Positions 44,407 to 53,766 of a DNA stretch of 64,000 bases are shown here, in pieces. A program made the translations under genes and the position numbers. The stretch is taken from NCBI GenBank assembly GCA_038216655.1, contig JBBQPZ010000011.1, forward strand, positions 42,265-106,264, given 5' to 3'. A model generated the notes under the pieces. The model was not told the DNA's origin and searched no databases. It saw nothing but the letters and a program-made list of their open reading frames with translations. The stretch's first letter is position 1, and every line of letters begins with the position of its first letter. The stretch is from Fimbriimonadales bacterium (lineage in GTDB: Bacteria > Armatimonadota > Fimbriimonadia > Fimbriimonadales > Fimbriimonadaceae).

Positions 44407-46841
44407 TGGCCGAAGTCAAACTGCCCATCGAAGAAGAACTAATCGAAGCCGAAATCGGCGAGCCTCAGATCCGCGAAGGCGGCGACGAGGAGCACAAGCC
44501 GGTCGTTCCGACCGAGATCAACATCATGCCGCTGCGCGACAGCGTCATCTACCCGATGCTGATCGCGCCTCTCAGCGTTACCCGGGAGAACTCGGTCCAG
44601 CTTCTGGACGAGAGCATCGTCGGCAACAACCGCGTGATCGGCGTGATCGCCCAGCGTCAACCCCAGGAGGAGAATCCGACCTTCGACGACGTGTACGAGT
44701 ACGGCTGCGCCGTTATCATCCGCACGCTCGTGAAGATGCCGGACGCGGTGCGTCTGATCGTCCAGGGCGTCGCCCGGTACCGCATCATCGAACGCCTCCA
44801 GACGGAGCCTTATCTGCGAGCGCGGATCGAAGTGATCGACGAAATCGAGATCCCCGAGGGGGGATCGGAGGAGATCGAAGCGCTCCGGCGTTCGGTCGCC
44901 GCCCTGTTCGAACAGGCGATCCGGTTGTCGCCGCAGCTTCCCGACGAACTTCGAAGTTTGACCCAAGCCGTCCAAGAGACCAACGTAATGGCCGACCTGG
45001 TGGCCGCGCATATGACGCTTTCGGTCGAGGACAAGCAGAAGATCCTCGAAACGCTGGACCTGCATGACCGCCTCCGGTTGCTATTGGAGCTGCTTTCCAA
45101 AGAGGTGCGGGTTCTTGAGCTTACGAGCAAGGTGCAGAGTGAGGTGAACACCGAACTCAGTAAAACGCAGCGAGAGTACTACCTGCGCGAGCAGCTTAAG
45201 GCGATTCAGCGGGAGTTGGGCGAGGCGGATGATCGCGGTGAAGAGCTTGAGGAGCTTCGGAAGAAGATCGACGAGACCGACATGTCGGTGGAGGCGCTCA
45301 AGGAAGTCAATCGCGAGTACGACCGGTTGCGCCGGATGAACCCGGGTTCACCCGAATACACGGTGGCGCGGACGTACGTTGACGCGATGGTCGCGATGCC
45401 GTGGAATATCTCCACGAACGACAACCTCGATCTTGCCCATGCGAAGCAGGTGCTCGATGCCGACCATTTTGGACTCGACAAGATCAAGGAACGGATCATC
45501 GAGTTCCTCGCCGTCCGGAAGGTGAAGGGCGACGGCAAAGTCCGACAGCCAATCCTCTGCTTCACCGGCCCTCCCGGGGTGGGTAAGACCTCGCTCGGCC
45601 GCTCGATCGCCTCGGCGATGGATCGCAAGTACGCGCGCATTTCGCTCGGCGGCATGCGGGACGAGGCGGAGATTCGCGGGCATCGACGCACCTACATCGG
45701 CGCGATGCCCGGCCAGATCGTCCAGGCGCTGCGGCGAGTGGAGACGAACAACCCGGTGATCGTGTTGGACGAGATCGACAAACTCGGCTCCGACTTCCGA
45801 GGCGACCCTTCTTCGGCGCTGCTGGAGGTGTTGGACCCCGAGCAGAACAGCACGTTCCGCGACCACTACTTAGACGTGCCGTTCGACCTGTCTCGGGTGT
45901 TCTTCATCACCACGGCGAACCGACTGGACACGATTCCGAGTCCGCTACGAGACCGGATGGAGGTCATTGAACTCGGTGGTTACACCGAGGAAGAAAAGGT
46001 CGAAATCGCGGAGCGGCACTTGCTGCCCAAGCAGGTCGAAGAGCACGGTCTAAAGCCGTCGCAGCTCACGTTCCGTCGCGACGCGGTTCAGAAGATCGTT
46101 CGCCAGTACACCCGCGAGGCGGGCGTCCGAAATCTGGAGCGCGAGATCGGCAGCGTGGTTCGAAAAGCGACGCGAATGGTCGCTGAGGGGCATGTCGGGC
46201 GGATTACCGTCACCGGCAAGTTCGTAGAGACCGCCTTGGGCTCGCCACGGTTCCTGCACGACGAAGTCACCGAGCGGGAGATGGTGCCCGGGATGGCGGT
46301 GGGTCTGGCGTGGACTCCGGTGGGCGGCGACGTCCTCTTTATCGAGACCCTAAAGATGCCGGGCAAGGGGATGATCGTGACGGGCCAGTTGGGCGATGTC
46401 ATGAAGGAGTCGGTCACCGCCGCGCTGAGTTACGTCCGCAGCCACTCGGTCGATCTCAAGATCAATCCGGACCTTTACGAGAAGAACGAGATCCACGTTC
46501 ACGTTCCTGCTGGCGCGGTGCCGAAGGACGGTCCGAGCGCGGGCGTGACGATGCTGACCGCGTTGACCTCGCTGCTGACGGATCGTCCGGTAAAGCCTCG
46601 GCTCGCGATGACGGGTGAGATCACGTTGAGCGGGCAAGTGCTGCCGGTGGGCGGAATCAAGGAGAAGGTTCTGGCCGCGTATCGGGCGGGGGTGGAGACG
46701 GTGATTCTTCCCGATCAGAACCAAAAGGACTTCCTGGAAGAGGTTCCGGACGCCATCCGCGCCAAGCTCAAGGTCCACTTCGTAACCAAAGCCGACCAGG
46801 TGTTGCGACTTGCCCTCGACCGCCCGCTGAAGCACCCCTAG
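44406..46841 (+). CDS. lon: ATP-dependent Lon protease (LonA)
   Basis: Lon N domain '[18 protein letters not shown]', Walker A '[15 protein letters not shown]', protease '[15 protein letters not shown]' (catalytic Ser). The start overlaps the hsp20 stop (TAATG). Confidence 0.97.
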   Translation: MAEVKLPIEEELIEAEIGEPQIREGGDEEHKPVVPTEINIMPLRDSVIYPMLIAPLSVTRENSVQLLDESIVGNNRVIGVIAQRQPQEENPTFDDVYEYGCAVIIRTLVKMPDAVRLIVQGVARYRIIERLQTEPYLRARIEVIDEIEIPEGGSEEIEALRRSVAALFEQAIRLSPQLPDELRSLTQAVQETNVMADLVAAHMTLSVEDKQKILETLDLHDRLRLLLELLSKEVRVLELTSKVQSEVNTELSKTQREYYLREQLKAIQRELGEADDRGEELEELRKKIDETDMSVEALKEVNREYDRLRRMNPGSPEYTVARTYVDAMVAMPWNISTNDNLDLAHAKQVLDADHFGLDKIKERIIEFLAVRKVKGDGKVRQPILCFTGPPGVGKTSLGRSIASAMDRKYARISLGGMRDEAEIRGHRRTYIGAMPGQIVQALRRVETNNPVIVLDEIDKLGSDFRGDPSSALLEVLDPEQNSTFRDHYLDVPFDLSRVFFITTANRLDTIPSPLRDRMEVIELGGYTEEEKVEIAERHLLPKQVEEHGLKPSQLTFRRDAVQKIVRQYTREAGVRNLEREIGSVVRKATRMVAEGHVGRITVTGKFVETALGSPRFLHDEVTEREMVPGMAVGLAWTPVGGDVLFIETLKMPGKGMIVTGQLGDVMKESVTAALSYVRSHSVDLKINPDLYEKNEIHVHVPAGAVPKDGPSAGVTMLTALTSLLTDRPVKPRLAMTGEITLSGQVLPVGGIKEKVLAAYRAGVETVILPDQNQKDFLEEVPDAIRAKLKVHFVTKADQVLRLALDRPLKHP

Positions 46842-46843
46842 AA

Positions 46844-47431
46844 ATGGTTCTGGAGACGCCCCTCAGCGGTCGGTTCATGCGCGAGCGCTACCTGGTGTTC
46901 GCGCCGCCGAATCAGTACTTGGGGTTGGTGGGGGCTTGCTTTTTCGGCGGCTTGATCCTGATCGCGATGGGGATCTCCGCGGGTGCTTATTGGATGTTTG
47001 TGGGGGCGATGGTTACGGTTGCCGGTGCTTGGGGCGCCCTGTCCCTCAATTGGCTGGCCTTTGATCTTCGGGACCGGACCTACGCCAGGCGTGACGGGGC
47101 TGCGTCCTCAACGCGGTACGCCAAAGGCTCGCTCGACGAATTGGAGGCACTGTTTGTCTTGGCCGAAGACCGGACCTCGTTCGGGAAGATGATGACCCGG
47201 GAACGAGCCGTAACCTACCGGATCGTGCTGCAGTGGCAGGGAATGCGGTTGCCGAGCGTGATCTTGGAGCAGGACTACCGCGCAGTTCCGGTGAACATGC
47301 CGTTGGAGAATGGCGCGGCAACGTCGCTGATGGCAGCGGAGCGATACGGTCGGGCGCTTAATGTGCCGGTAGTGAACCACGCGCACGTGTCGGTTTCGAA
47401 CCCGATTCCGACCGCGGGCGCTCCGTTCTGA
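46844..47431 (+). CDS. Hypothetical membrane protein (2 TM plus soluble domain) co-transcribed with lon
   Basis: 195 aa, starting 2 nt after the lon stop. TM pair 'LGLVGACFFGGLILIAMGISAGAYWMFVGAMVTVAGAWGAL'. A terminator follows. Confidence 0.6.
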   Translation: MVLETPLSGRFMRERYLVFAPPNQYLGLVGACFFGGLILIAMGISAGAYWMFVGAMVTVAGAWGALSLNWLAFDLRDRTYARRDGAASSTRYAKGSLDELEALFVLAEDRTSFGKMMTRERAVTYRIVLQWQGMRLPSVILEQDYRAVPVNMPLENGAATSLMAAERYGRALNVPVVNHAHVSVSNPIPTAGAPF

Positions 47432-47439
47432 ATTGGATT

Positions 47440-47462
47440 GCACGGCCCCGGCCGTGCTTTGC
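47440..47462 (+). terminator. Intrinsic terminator after the lon operon
   Basis: GCACGGC-CCCG-GCCGTGC followed by TTTGCTTGG, 9 nt after the stop. Confidence 0.55.
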
Positions 47463-47708
47463 TTGGCGAGCCTTGCTGCTATCGAGATTGACTGGCCTTT
47501 CTGAACGGTGCCAGGTCGCCTGATTCAAAGCGCGGCCAGGGAGTCCGGTGCATTGGGCTTTCTCGTGTTTCACTTGGTGACGGGTGTTGTTCCTCTGGCA
47601 CCGCGACGGCTTCCTGGGCGAGACGCCCCAGCCACACCCTCCGTCGCGGCACCATTGGACAAATTGGGAAGCTCGCGGCAGACAAAGCACGGCCAGGGCC
47701 ATGCACTC

Positions 47709-47753
47709 GAAAAAAACAAAAGCCAGGGGCTCCGCAAGGAAGCCTCCGGCTTT
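47709..47753 (-). terminator. Intrinsic terminator of trxA
   Basis: On the minus strand AAAGCCGGAGGCTTCCTTGCGGAGCCCCTGGCTTTTGTTTTTTT forms an imperfect GC-rich hairpin followed by a long T run. Confidence 0.6.
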
Positions 47754-47773
47754 AGCGATGTCGTACGGCGATG

Positions 47774-48097
47774 CTAGATCGCTCGGTCGAGGAGAGCGGC
47801 GATCTGCGCTTTGGGCGCGGCACCGACCATCTGATCGACGACCTTTCCACCCTTGAAGACGAGAAGAGCGGGGATGCTCATCACGCCGTATTGGGAGGCA
47901 AGATCACCTTCAGTGTCCACGTCAACCTTGAAAACCTTGGCCTTGCCGGTGTATTCGGCGGCAAGCTGTTCGACCGAGGGGCCGATTGCTTTACACGGGC
48001 CACACCACTCCGCCCAGAAATCGACGAGAACCGGAACATCAGACTTCAAAACTTTCTCGTCAAACTCAGAACCCTTGACGGCTAAATTACTTCCCAT
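47774..48097 (-). CDS. trxA: Thioredoxin
   Basis: ATG 48097 follows AGGAG. 'VLVDFWAEWCGPCKAI' is the WCGPC motif and 'GVMSIPALLVFKGG' follows. Confidence 0.95.
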   Translation of the reverse strand: MGSNLAVKGSEFDEKVLKSDVPVLVDFWAEWCGPCKAIGPSVEQLAAEYTGKAKVFKVDVDTEGDLASQYGVMSIPALLVFKGGKVVDQMVGAAPKAQIAALLDRAI

Positions 48098-48237
48098 ATC
48101 TTCTCCTACGCTTTGCAAAACTCTACCTCAGCAAAGGGCACCCAACTCTGAGAAGTTCGAAGGTTCCGTGTGACGTTTACGGGGGAAGCCGTCGTCTATT
48201 TAATTGACCCCTTAACAGGTGTCAACTCAGGAGGAAT

Positions 48238-49074
48238 TTGAAACCGGTGAAGACCACTTGGATATTAGCTGCAGCGTGCTCGCTCCTTATTGTTGGAACA
48301 GCGGACGCTGCCCGACGACCGAAGCATAAGGTAGTCCGCAAGAAGGCTGTCGTGCGGGTTGCGGTGGCGGAGACGTCACTGGTGGGAATCCACCTCATGG
48401 ATTCGGGAGTCCGAGTCGTCAACCTTTACGGCACTCCGGATGACATCGAAGGGATCTCGGTCGGTGGCGGTGCCATCGGCGGGGGTGCCGGGGGTCCTGG
48501 CGCTGGCGGTGCCGGCGGAGGTCCTCGCGTCACCACCGGTCGCGGCGGTGCTCAGGGTGGTGCGGCAGGTGCCGAGTTCACCGTTCCTGACAACGACCCC
48601 AACTGGAGATTTGGCGACACCGTCATCCGACAGTTCGGTCCTCCTCAGGGCGATGGCGGCGGCGGTCGAGTGGGCGCTCCTCCTCCTGGTGGCAACGGGC
48701 CTGGGGCAGCGGGTCGTGGCGGTGGTGCTCCCGGTGCAGCCGGTGGTACGAGTGAGCGAGTTACCTACACGCGCTGGATCTACAACCGTGGCGGCAGCAA
48801 GTACGGCTTCGTGGTCGACAAGTTCAACCGCGTGATTCAGATCGAAGCGATCGGCCTCCAGAATGCCAAGGTGCGCACGCGCTCTGGTATCGGGTTCGGC
48901 GCGACGTTCGCCCGAATCATGAAGACCTATGGCGCTCCGGACGGCTACGAGATCTCGGGCAACACGATCGTGGTCCGCTACCTCAGCCGCAAGAAGGTCG
49001 CGTTCCGCTTGAACCGACTCGGCGAGGGCAAGCCCCACGTGGTGACCGGCATCGTGGTCGCCGCGGGCAAGTAA
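48238..49074 (+). CDS. Secreted Gly-rich protein, function unknown
   Basis: The TTG start at 48238 lies 5 nt after AGGAGG. Signal peptide KPVKTTWILAAACSLLIVGTADA. There are two long G/A/P tracts (GGGAIGGGAGGPGAGGAGGGP; GGGGRVGAPPPGGNGPGAAGRGGGAPGAAGG) and a folded-looking C-terminal domain. Confidence 0.65.
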   Translation: MKPVKTTWILAAACSLLIVGTADAARRPKHKVVRKKAVVRVAVAETSLVGIHLMDSGVRVVNLYGTPDDIEGISVGGGAIGGGAGGPGAGGAGGGPRVTTGRGGAQGGAAGAEFTVPDNDPNWRFGDTVIRQFGPPQGDGGGGRVGAPPPGGNGPGAAGRGGGAPGAAGGTSERVTYTRWIYNRGGSKYGFVVDKFNRVIQIEAIGLQNAKVRTRSGIGFGATFARIMKTYGAPDGYEISGNTIVVRYLSRKKVAFRLNRLGEGKPHVVTGIVVAAGK

Positions 49075-49095
49075 GAAGAACCGAGGCAACTGAAA

Positions 49096-50844
49096 TTGGC
49101 CGACGAGAGGGACGAGATCCGAGCGAGGATCAATATCGTCCAACTCGTCGGCCAGCGTGTTTCTCTTAAGAAGGCCGGAAAGGATTGGAAGGGACTCTGC
49201 CCCTTTCACGACGACAAGACCCCTTCCTTCACGGTCAGCGAACGCAACGGAAACTATCGCTGCTGGTCGTGCGGCGAACATGGCGATATGTTCACTTGGG
49301 TCATGAAGACCCAGAACGTCGAATTCCCCGAAGCGTTGGAAATCCTCGCCGAGCAGGCGGGAGTCGAACTCACGCGCCGTGGCCCGGTGGTCTCCAAGAG
49401 CGAGCGGGCACAACAGCGCACCGCGATGGACGACGCGCTTCAATTCTTCCAGGAACAGCTCTCCAAGTCGGGGCCGGGAAAGGAGTATCTCGAACGACGG
49501 GGCATCGACGCGGAGTCGGTCAAGAGCTGGGAGCTAGGCTATGCGCCTGACATCGGCGAAGCTCTGGTGCAGCACCTCAAGCGCAAGGGCCACCCGATGG
49601 ATGAGTGTAAGGCGCTCTTCTTGATTGACCAGCGCACTGACGGGAGCTACTACGACAAGTTCCGGGGTCGCCTGATCTTTCCCATCCGAGATGAGCGAGG
49701 CGACCTCGTCGCCTTCGGCGGGCGGCTCCTCGGCGACGGCAATCCCAAGTACATCAATAGCAGCGACACGCCGCTCTATCGCAAGAGCCGGGTGCTGTAC
49801 GGGATGTACCGCGCCAAGGACGCTCTGAACGCCACGCGACGCGCGGTGCTTACCGAGGGCTATCTGGACGTCATCGCTTGCCAGAGGGCGGGCGTGACGG
49901 GCGCGCTGGCCTCCCTTGGCACGGCGCTGAGCGAGGACCACGCGAAGTTACTGCGTCGGTGGGTGGATGAGGTCGTGATCCTCTACGACAGCGACGCGGC
50001 GGGCCAGAAAGCGGCAGAGCGGGCAATCGATATATTGGGGGCCGAGGGGCTTGCAGTGCGTATCGCACTGATGCCGGAAGGGGACGACCCCGACACCCTG
50101 CTCAAGAAGGAAGGCCCTGGCGCGGTGCTACGGTCGGTCGAGCAGGGGCAACCGCCACTTGACTTCAAGATCGCGCGGCTCCTAGAGAAGGGAAACCCGA
50201 ACGACAAGGAGAAGTTCTGGCCAGCGGCGATCGAGATTCTGGCCACGGCCCCTTCCGACATGGAGTTGCAGCGGCACCTCGTCCACTTGGCGGCCATGTA
50301 TCCGGGCATTCCTGAGCCCTTGCTCGCCCAGGCTTCCTTGCGACGCGAAGTCCTGGCACGGCGACGTCGGGATCGGGGGGCTCCCGCGGCGAGGCCACGC
50401 GTGAGTCCGCCGGTCATCCGTGCGGTGAGCGAACTTCTGCCGGCAGAGACGATGATCTTGGGAGCATTTGTGGGAGAGACCTTCCGATCGTTCGCGTGGA
50501 GCGTGATGCAGGAGTCGGGGATGTTCACTTCTCATGCGGGTTCCGGCTTAGCGGCAGTTCTGCTATCCTCCTTTCCCGACGGACCCCCCGAGGGGGAGCC
50601 GAAGTTGTGGCTCCACCTGATCGAGGAGGAGTCCGACCGGGATTTGCTGATCCGAATTGGGGACGATCCAAGGCTGGATCGGTTGGACCAGAAGTTCCTC
50701 GACGACACCGTCGCGAAGATGCGGAAGGCGCAGGAAACGAGGAAGCTGGGCGAGCTGAAAAACACCGGCCAGAGCTCCGAAATCCTGAAGCGTCTCAAGC
50801 AACTCAAACCGTCTTACGAGAAAGAGAAGATTGATGAGATGTAA
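49096..50844 (+). CDS. dnaG: DNA primase
   Basis: Zinc finger 'GLCPFHDDKTPSFTVSERNGNYRCWSCGEHGD', TOPRIM 'VLTEGYLDVIA' and 'VILYDSDAAGQKAAERA'. TTG start. Confidence 0.95.
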   Translation: MADERDEIRARINIVQLVGQRVSLKKAGKDWKGLCPFHDDKTPSFTVSERNGNYRCWSCGEHGDMFTWVMKTQNVEFPEALEILAEQAGVELTRRGPVVSKSERAQQRTAMDDALQFFQEQLSKSGPGKEYLERRGIDAESVKSWELGYAPDIGEALVQHLKRKGHPMDECKALFLIDQRTDGSYYDKFRGRLIFPIRDERGDLVAFGGRLLGDGNPKYINSSDTPLYRKSRVLYGMYRAKDALNATRRAVLTEGYLDVIACQRAGVTGALASLGTALSEDHAKLLRRWVDEVVILYDSDAAGQKAAERAIDILGAEGLAVRIALMPEGDDPDTLLKKEGPGAVLRSVEQGQPPLDFKIARLLEKGNPNDKEKFWPAAIEILATAPSDMELQRHLVHLAAMYPGIPEPLLAQASLRREVLARRRRDRGAPAARPRVSPPVIRAVSELLPAETMILGAFVGETFRSFAWSVMQESGMFTSHAGSGLAAVLLSSFPDGPPEGEPKLWLHLIEEESDRDLLIRIGDDPRLDRLDQKFLDDTVAKMRKAQETRKLGELKNTGQSSEILKRLKQLKPSYEKEKIDEM

Positions 50845-50993
50845 CTTTTTTGAGTTCCAGCGGAAATTACTTGGTGTTCTGCCGAAAGTGAGTTACATTG
50901 AATCGCTTCAAGGCGAACGTAGCTAGATTCGAGGACATGGCGGGGAGCCACCGACGGTCTAGTTGCGGCAGGGCTCGCCTGGAGAACTAAAAT

Positions 50994-51995
50994 ATGGTAT
51001 CGGCAACCGTCTACGAAGGTGCTCTCGTTCGAGCGCCATTTCATCGTAAGCAGGACACCGAGGCTCCGAACGATGTTCCGGACGCCTCTGAAGCCGCGCC
51101 CCATCCCGCGCACTTCGATACCGTCGAAGCGACGTCCTTGCTGGAAGCGGATGCGATTGGGATTGACGATTCCGTACGGATGTGGCTGAAGAAGATTGGC
51201 CGGATTCCTCTTCTCACCCCCGAGCAAGAAGTTTTGATCGCCCGTCGCGCCAATTTGGGCTGCGGCGTGTGTAAGTCGGTGTTGATCGAGGCGAACCTTC
51301 GCCTGGTCGTCAGCATCGCAAAGAAGTTCGTCGGCCGCGGCCTTTCCATGCAGGATCTGATCCAGGAAGGAAATATGGGGCTGATCCGCGCGGTGGAGAA
51401 ATTCGACGCCGCCCGCGGTTTCCGATTCAGCACCTACGCCACCTGGTGGATTCGCCAAGCCATTTCGCGCGCAATCAGTGACCACGGTCGCACGATCCGC
51501 GTGCCGGTCCACACCCTCGAAGCGGTCAACCGGATGCTGAAGATGGCCCACCAGCTTCAAAGCCAGCTCGGTAGGGAAGCCACCGTTGCCGAGATCAGCC
51601 AGGCGCTGGGGATCTCCGTCGAGAAGGTTCAAGAGTTTTTGCGCACGATCCACGATCCGCTTTCGCTCGAGACTCCGGTCGGAGAGAGTGAGGATGCACT
51701 GCTCGGCGAGTTCATCGTCGACCGCCGTCACGAGACGCCCGCCGAGAGTGCGATGCGCGCGGTGGTCCGAACTCGGATCGACCAGGTCCTCGCAACCTTA
51801 ATCGACCGCGAGCGCGAAGTAATCGCGATGCGCTACGGCCTCTACGACGGCCAGCCGCATACGCTGGAGGAAGTGGCCCGGGCATTCCAGGTCACACGTG
51901 AGCGGATTCGGCAGATCGAGCAGAAGGCCCTTAAAAAGCTGAAGCACCCGTCGCGCGCCACCCTGCTCGCCGAAGTGCTCGAAGACGGCCGCTGA
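50994..51995 (+). CDS. rpoD: Primary-like RNA polymerase sigma factor (RpoD/SigA family; short N-terminus)
   Basis: Region 2 '[61 protein letters not shown]' and region 4 '[30 protein letters not shown]'. It follows dnaG. Confidence 0.93.
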   Translation: MVSATVYEGALVRAPFHRKQDTEAPNDVPDASEAAPHPAHFDTVEATSLLEADAIGIDDSVRMWLKKIGRIPLLTPEQEVLIARRANLGCGVCKSVLIEANLRLVVSIAKKFVGRGLSMQDLIQEGNMGLIRAVEKFDAARGFRFSTYATWWIRQAISRAISDHGRTIRVPVHTLEAVNRMLKMAHQLQSQLGREATVAEISQALGISVEKVQEFLRTIHDPLSLETPVGESEDALLGEFIVDRRHETPAESAMRAVVRTRIDQVLATLIDREREVIAMRYGLYDGQPHTLEEVARAFQVTRERIRQIEQKALKKLKHPSRATLLAEVLEDGR

Positions 51996-52025
51996 GGTTC
52001 CGACGCGAGAGCCGTAGGAAGGTTC

Positions 52026-52586
52026 ATGCGCGCGCCCGAAATCGATGTTCTGACCAGTTCGGGCGAGACCGTGCCCTTTTCGAGTTTCTATGCCGAGAGG
52101 GCGGTCGGGGTCGTGTTCCTTCGACACTTGGGTTGTCTGTTCTGCCGACGGCACGTCTCGCAGCTTCGTCGTCATCCCGAGTTGAATCTAGTGTTCGTGT
52201 CGATGGGTTCACCGGAGGAGACGCGGGAGTTCGAGGCGAAGTGGAAGACGGTGCATCCCTTCCTGTGCGATCCTGAGAAGACGTTGTTCGAGAAGTTCGG
52301 GCTTACCCGGGCCAAATGGAGCCAGATCGTAGGGCCGCGGGTCCTGCTTCAGGGGGCGGCGTCGATTCGGTACGGGGTGGGGACGCCGCTGGGCGATCCT
52401 ATGCAGTTGGCGGGGACGTTCGTTATCAATCGGTCGGGCGAGGTGGTCTGGAGCCACCGAGCGCGTGATGCGTCCGACAACGCGAGCGCGGCCAGGATCG
52501 GCGAGGCCCTAGTCCGCGCGGACGCGGTAACCGGAGTCGCGGGGAAAGAGAATCCAGGGCCGCTCGAAACGCCCGCCGGTCGCTAG
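52026..52586 (+). CDS. Thioredoxin-fold, peroxiredoxin-like (AhpC/TSA-related) protein
   Basis: 'AVGVVFLRHLGCLFCRRHVSQL' (CxxC) and 'AGTFVINRSGEVVW'. The last ~26 codons overlap the convergent gene. Confidence 0.65.
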   Translation: MRAPEIDVLTSSGETVPFSSFYAERAVGVVFLRHLGCLFCRRHVSQLRRHPELNLVFVSMGSPEETREFEAKWKTVHPFLCDPEKTLFEKFGLTRAKWSQIVGPRVLLQGAASIRYGVGTPLGDPMQLAGTFVINRSGEVVWSHRARDASDNASAARIGEALVRADAVTGVAGKENPGPLETPAGR

Positions 52587-53270
52587 CGGCGCGTAGTCGA
52601 GCGGAGTGCCGTCGGCGTAACGAACCTCGCCGCCAAGTTCCTCGACGAACAGGATGCACGCCGCCGCGTCGTAGAGGCTCTCTCCGCCCCCAATCATCGC
52701 GCGCATGCGCTGGCTGGCCACGAACGTCCCGTCCACCACAAAGGCGCCCGTGCAGCGGAGTTTGCCGGGCAAGTTGGGCCAGAGCCGGCGGGCATTGCTG
52801 TCCGAGCAACTGACAAGCTCGTGCGGCAAGACAGGTCCAGGCGGAATCATCGGGAGCGCCTTCCCGTTGAGGGTCACCCCCGCGCCATGGGCAGCGATGA
52901 TCATCTCGTCCAGATCGGGGATGTAGACGCCGCCAAGGGTGACCTTGTCCCCTTGGAGTAAGGCGGCGGTGACGCCCCATAGGGGACCACGGAAGGCGAA
53001 GTTGCTGGTCCCGTCGACGGGATCGACAAGCCAGAGGCCGTTGGGTCCGGCGGGTTCCATGCCGAACTCCTCTCCCCAGATGCCGGCGTCGGGCACGATC
53101 TTGGGAAGTTCGGCTCTTAACAGCTCTTCAATGGCACGGTCGGCGTTGGTGACGATCGAGCCGTCCCGCTTCAGTTCGGGTTCGAGGCGGACTCTTTCTT
53201 GGACGGCGAGGTCTCCAGCGCGGCGCAGGAGAGCATCAAGCGTCGGGATAAGAGCCGAAAGGTCGTCCAC
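52509..53270 (-). CDS. Inositol monophosphatase family protein (SuhB-like)
   Basis: 'VTNADRAIEELL', 'IWGEEFG', 'WLVDPVDGTSNF'. Confidence 0.88.
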   Translation of the reverse strand: MDDLSALIPTLDALLRRAGDLAVQERVRLEPELKRDGSIVTNADRAIEELLRAELPKIVPDAGIWGEEFGMEPAGPNGLWLVDPVDGTSNFAFRGPLWGVTAALLQGDKVTLGGVYIPDLDEMIIAAHGAGVTLNGKALPMIPPGPVLPHELVSCSDSNARRLWPNLPGKLRCTGAFVVDGTFVASQRMRAMIGGGESLYDAAACILFVEELGGEVRYADGTPLDYAPLATGGRFERPWILFPRDSGYRVRAD

Positions 53271-53340
53271 TCCCTGAATTATGGCCGCTTCGGGGCTTGA
53301 CGTTCACGGGGGGGTGTTCGGGTATAACTAGCGAGCGCTA

Positions 53341-53415
53341 GCGGGCGTAGCTCAGTGGTAGAGCATTACCTTGCCAAGGTAAGGGTCGCGGGTTCGAATC
53401 TCGTCGCCCGCTCCA
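53341..53415 (+). tRNA. tRNA-Gly (anticodon GCC), CCA encoded
   Basis: GCGGGCGTAGCTCAGTGGTAGAGCATTACCTTGCCAAGGTAAGGGTCGCGGGTTCGAATCTCGTCGCCCGCTCCA. The anticodon loop is CTTGCCAAG. Confidence 0.95.
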
Positions 53416-53541
53416 AGTTCCTTCGGAACTTGTGCGATTACGGTTAATTCCGACAAAGACAGCATTGTCCTAACCCTGCGGGGTGTCCGAGCATGTGCTT
53501 CGGCTACTTTGCCCCCACACTAGCCTGGATTATCCTCGCTT

Positions 53542-53718
53542 GGATGCCTCGGGACGCTCCCGCCACGGCTTTCCAACCGCCTGAGGTTGGAGTCCCGAGG
53601 CTAAGACCACTCGATCACCTCTTCCGGATCTCGAGCGATACAAGTCTCCGCTTTTTAGTCTCGGGACTCTAAGTTGACATCCCGCGAGTACGCGGGGAGG
53701 GAGCATCCCGAGGCATCC
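53542..53718. other. Candidate structured RNA or palindromic element with four mutually complementary CCTCGGG/CCCGAGG segments
   Basis: The outer 20-nt arms are 53542-53561 and 53699-53718 (1 mismatch). The inner 17-nt arms are 53587-53603 and 53656-53672 (2 G:U on the plus strand). Local hairpins lie at 53573-53590 and 53681-53697. There is no ORF. Confidence 0.3.
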
Positions 53719-53766
53719 GGTCTGGGTTAACTAGGTTGGTGCCCTTTCTTGAAAGGGCTACGCCGG

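Noticed and set aside
48376-49443. 355-aa minus-strand ORF spanning the Gly-rich protein gene and the dnaG 5' end
   Set aside because: It is antisense to two co-oriented genes, one with clear primase motifs. It crosses their intergenic spacer and has a low-complexity translation.
50814-51731. 305-aa minus-strand ORF antisense to rpoD. Similar shadow ORFs occur at 55390..56532 (+), 60873..61970 (+), 39885..40769 (+) and 18377..19210 (+).
   Set aside because: Each is the antisense shadow of a gene with strong family motifs, and none has its own motifs or plausible start context.
53416-53766. The ORF-free gap after tRNA-Gly, considered as tmRNA, RNase P RNA, SRP RNA or 6S RNA
   Set aside because: I could not find the conserved cores: no tRNA-like acceptor/T-arm end or tag ORF for tmRNA, no GGAAAGTCCGG-type P4 region for RNase P, and no SRP domain IV motif. 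It is therefore reported only as an unclassified structure.
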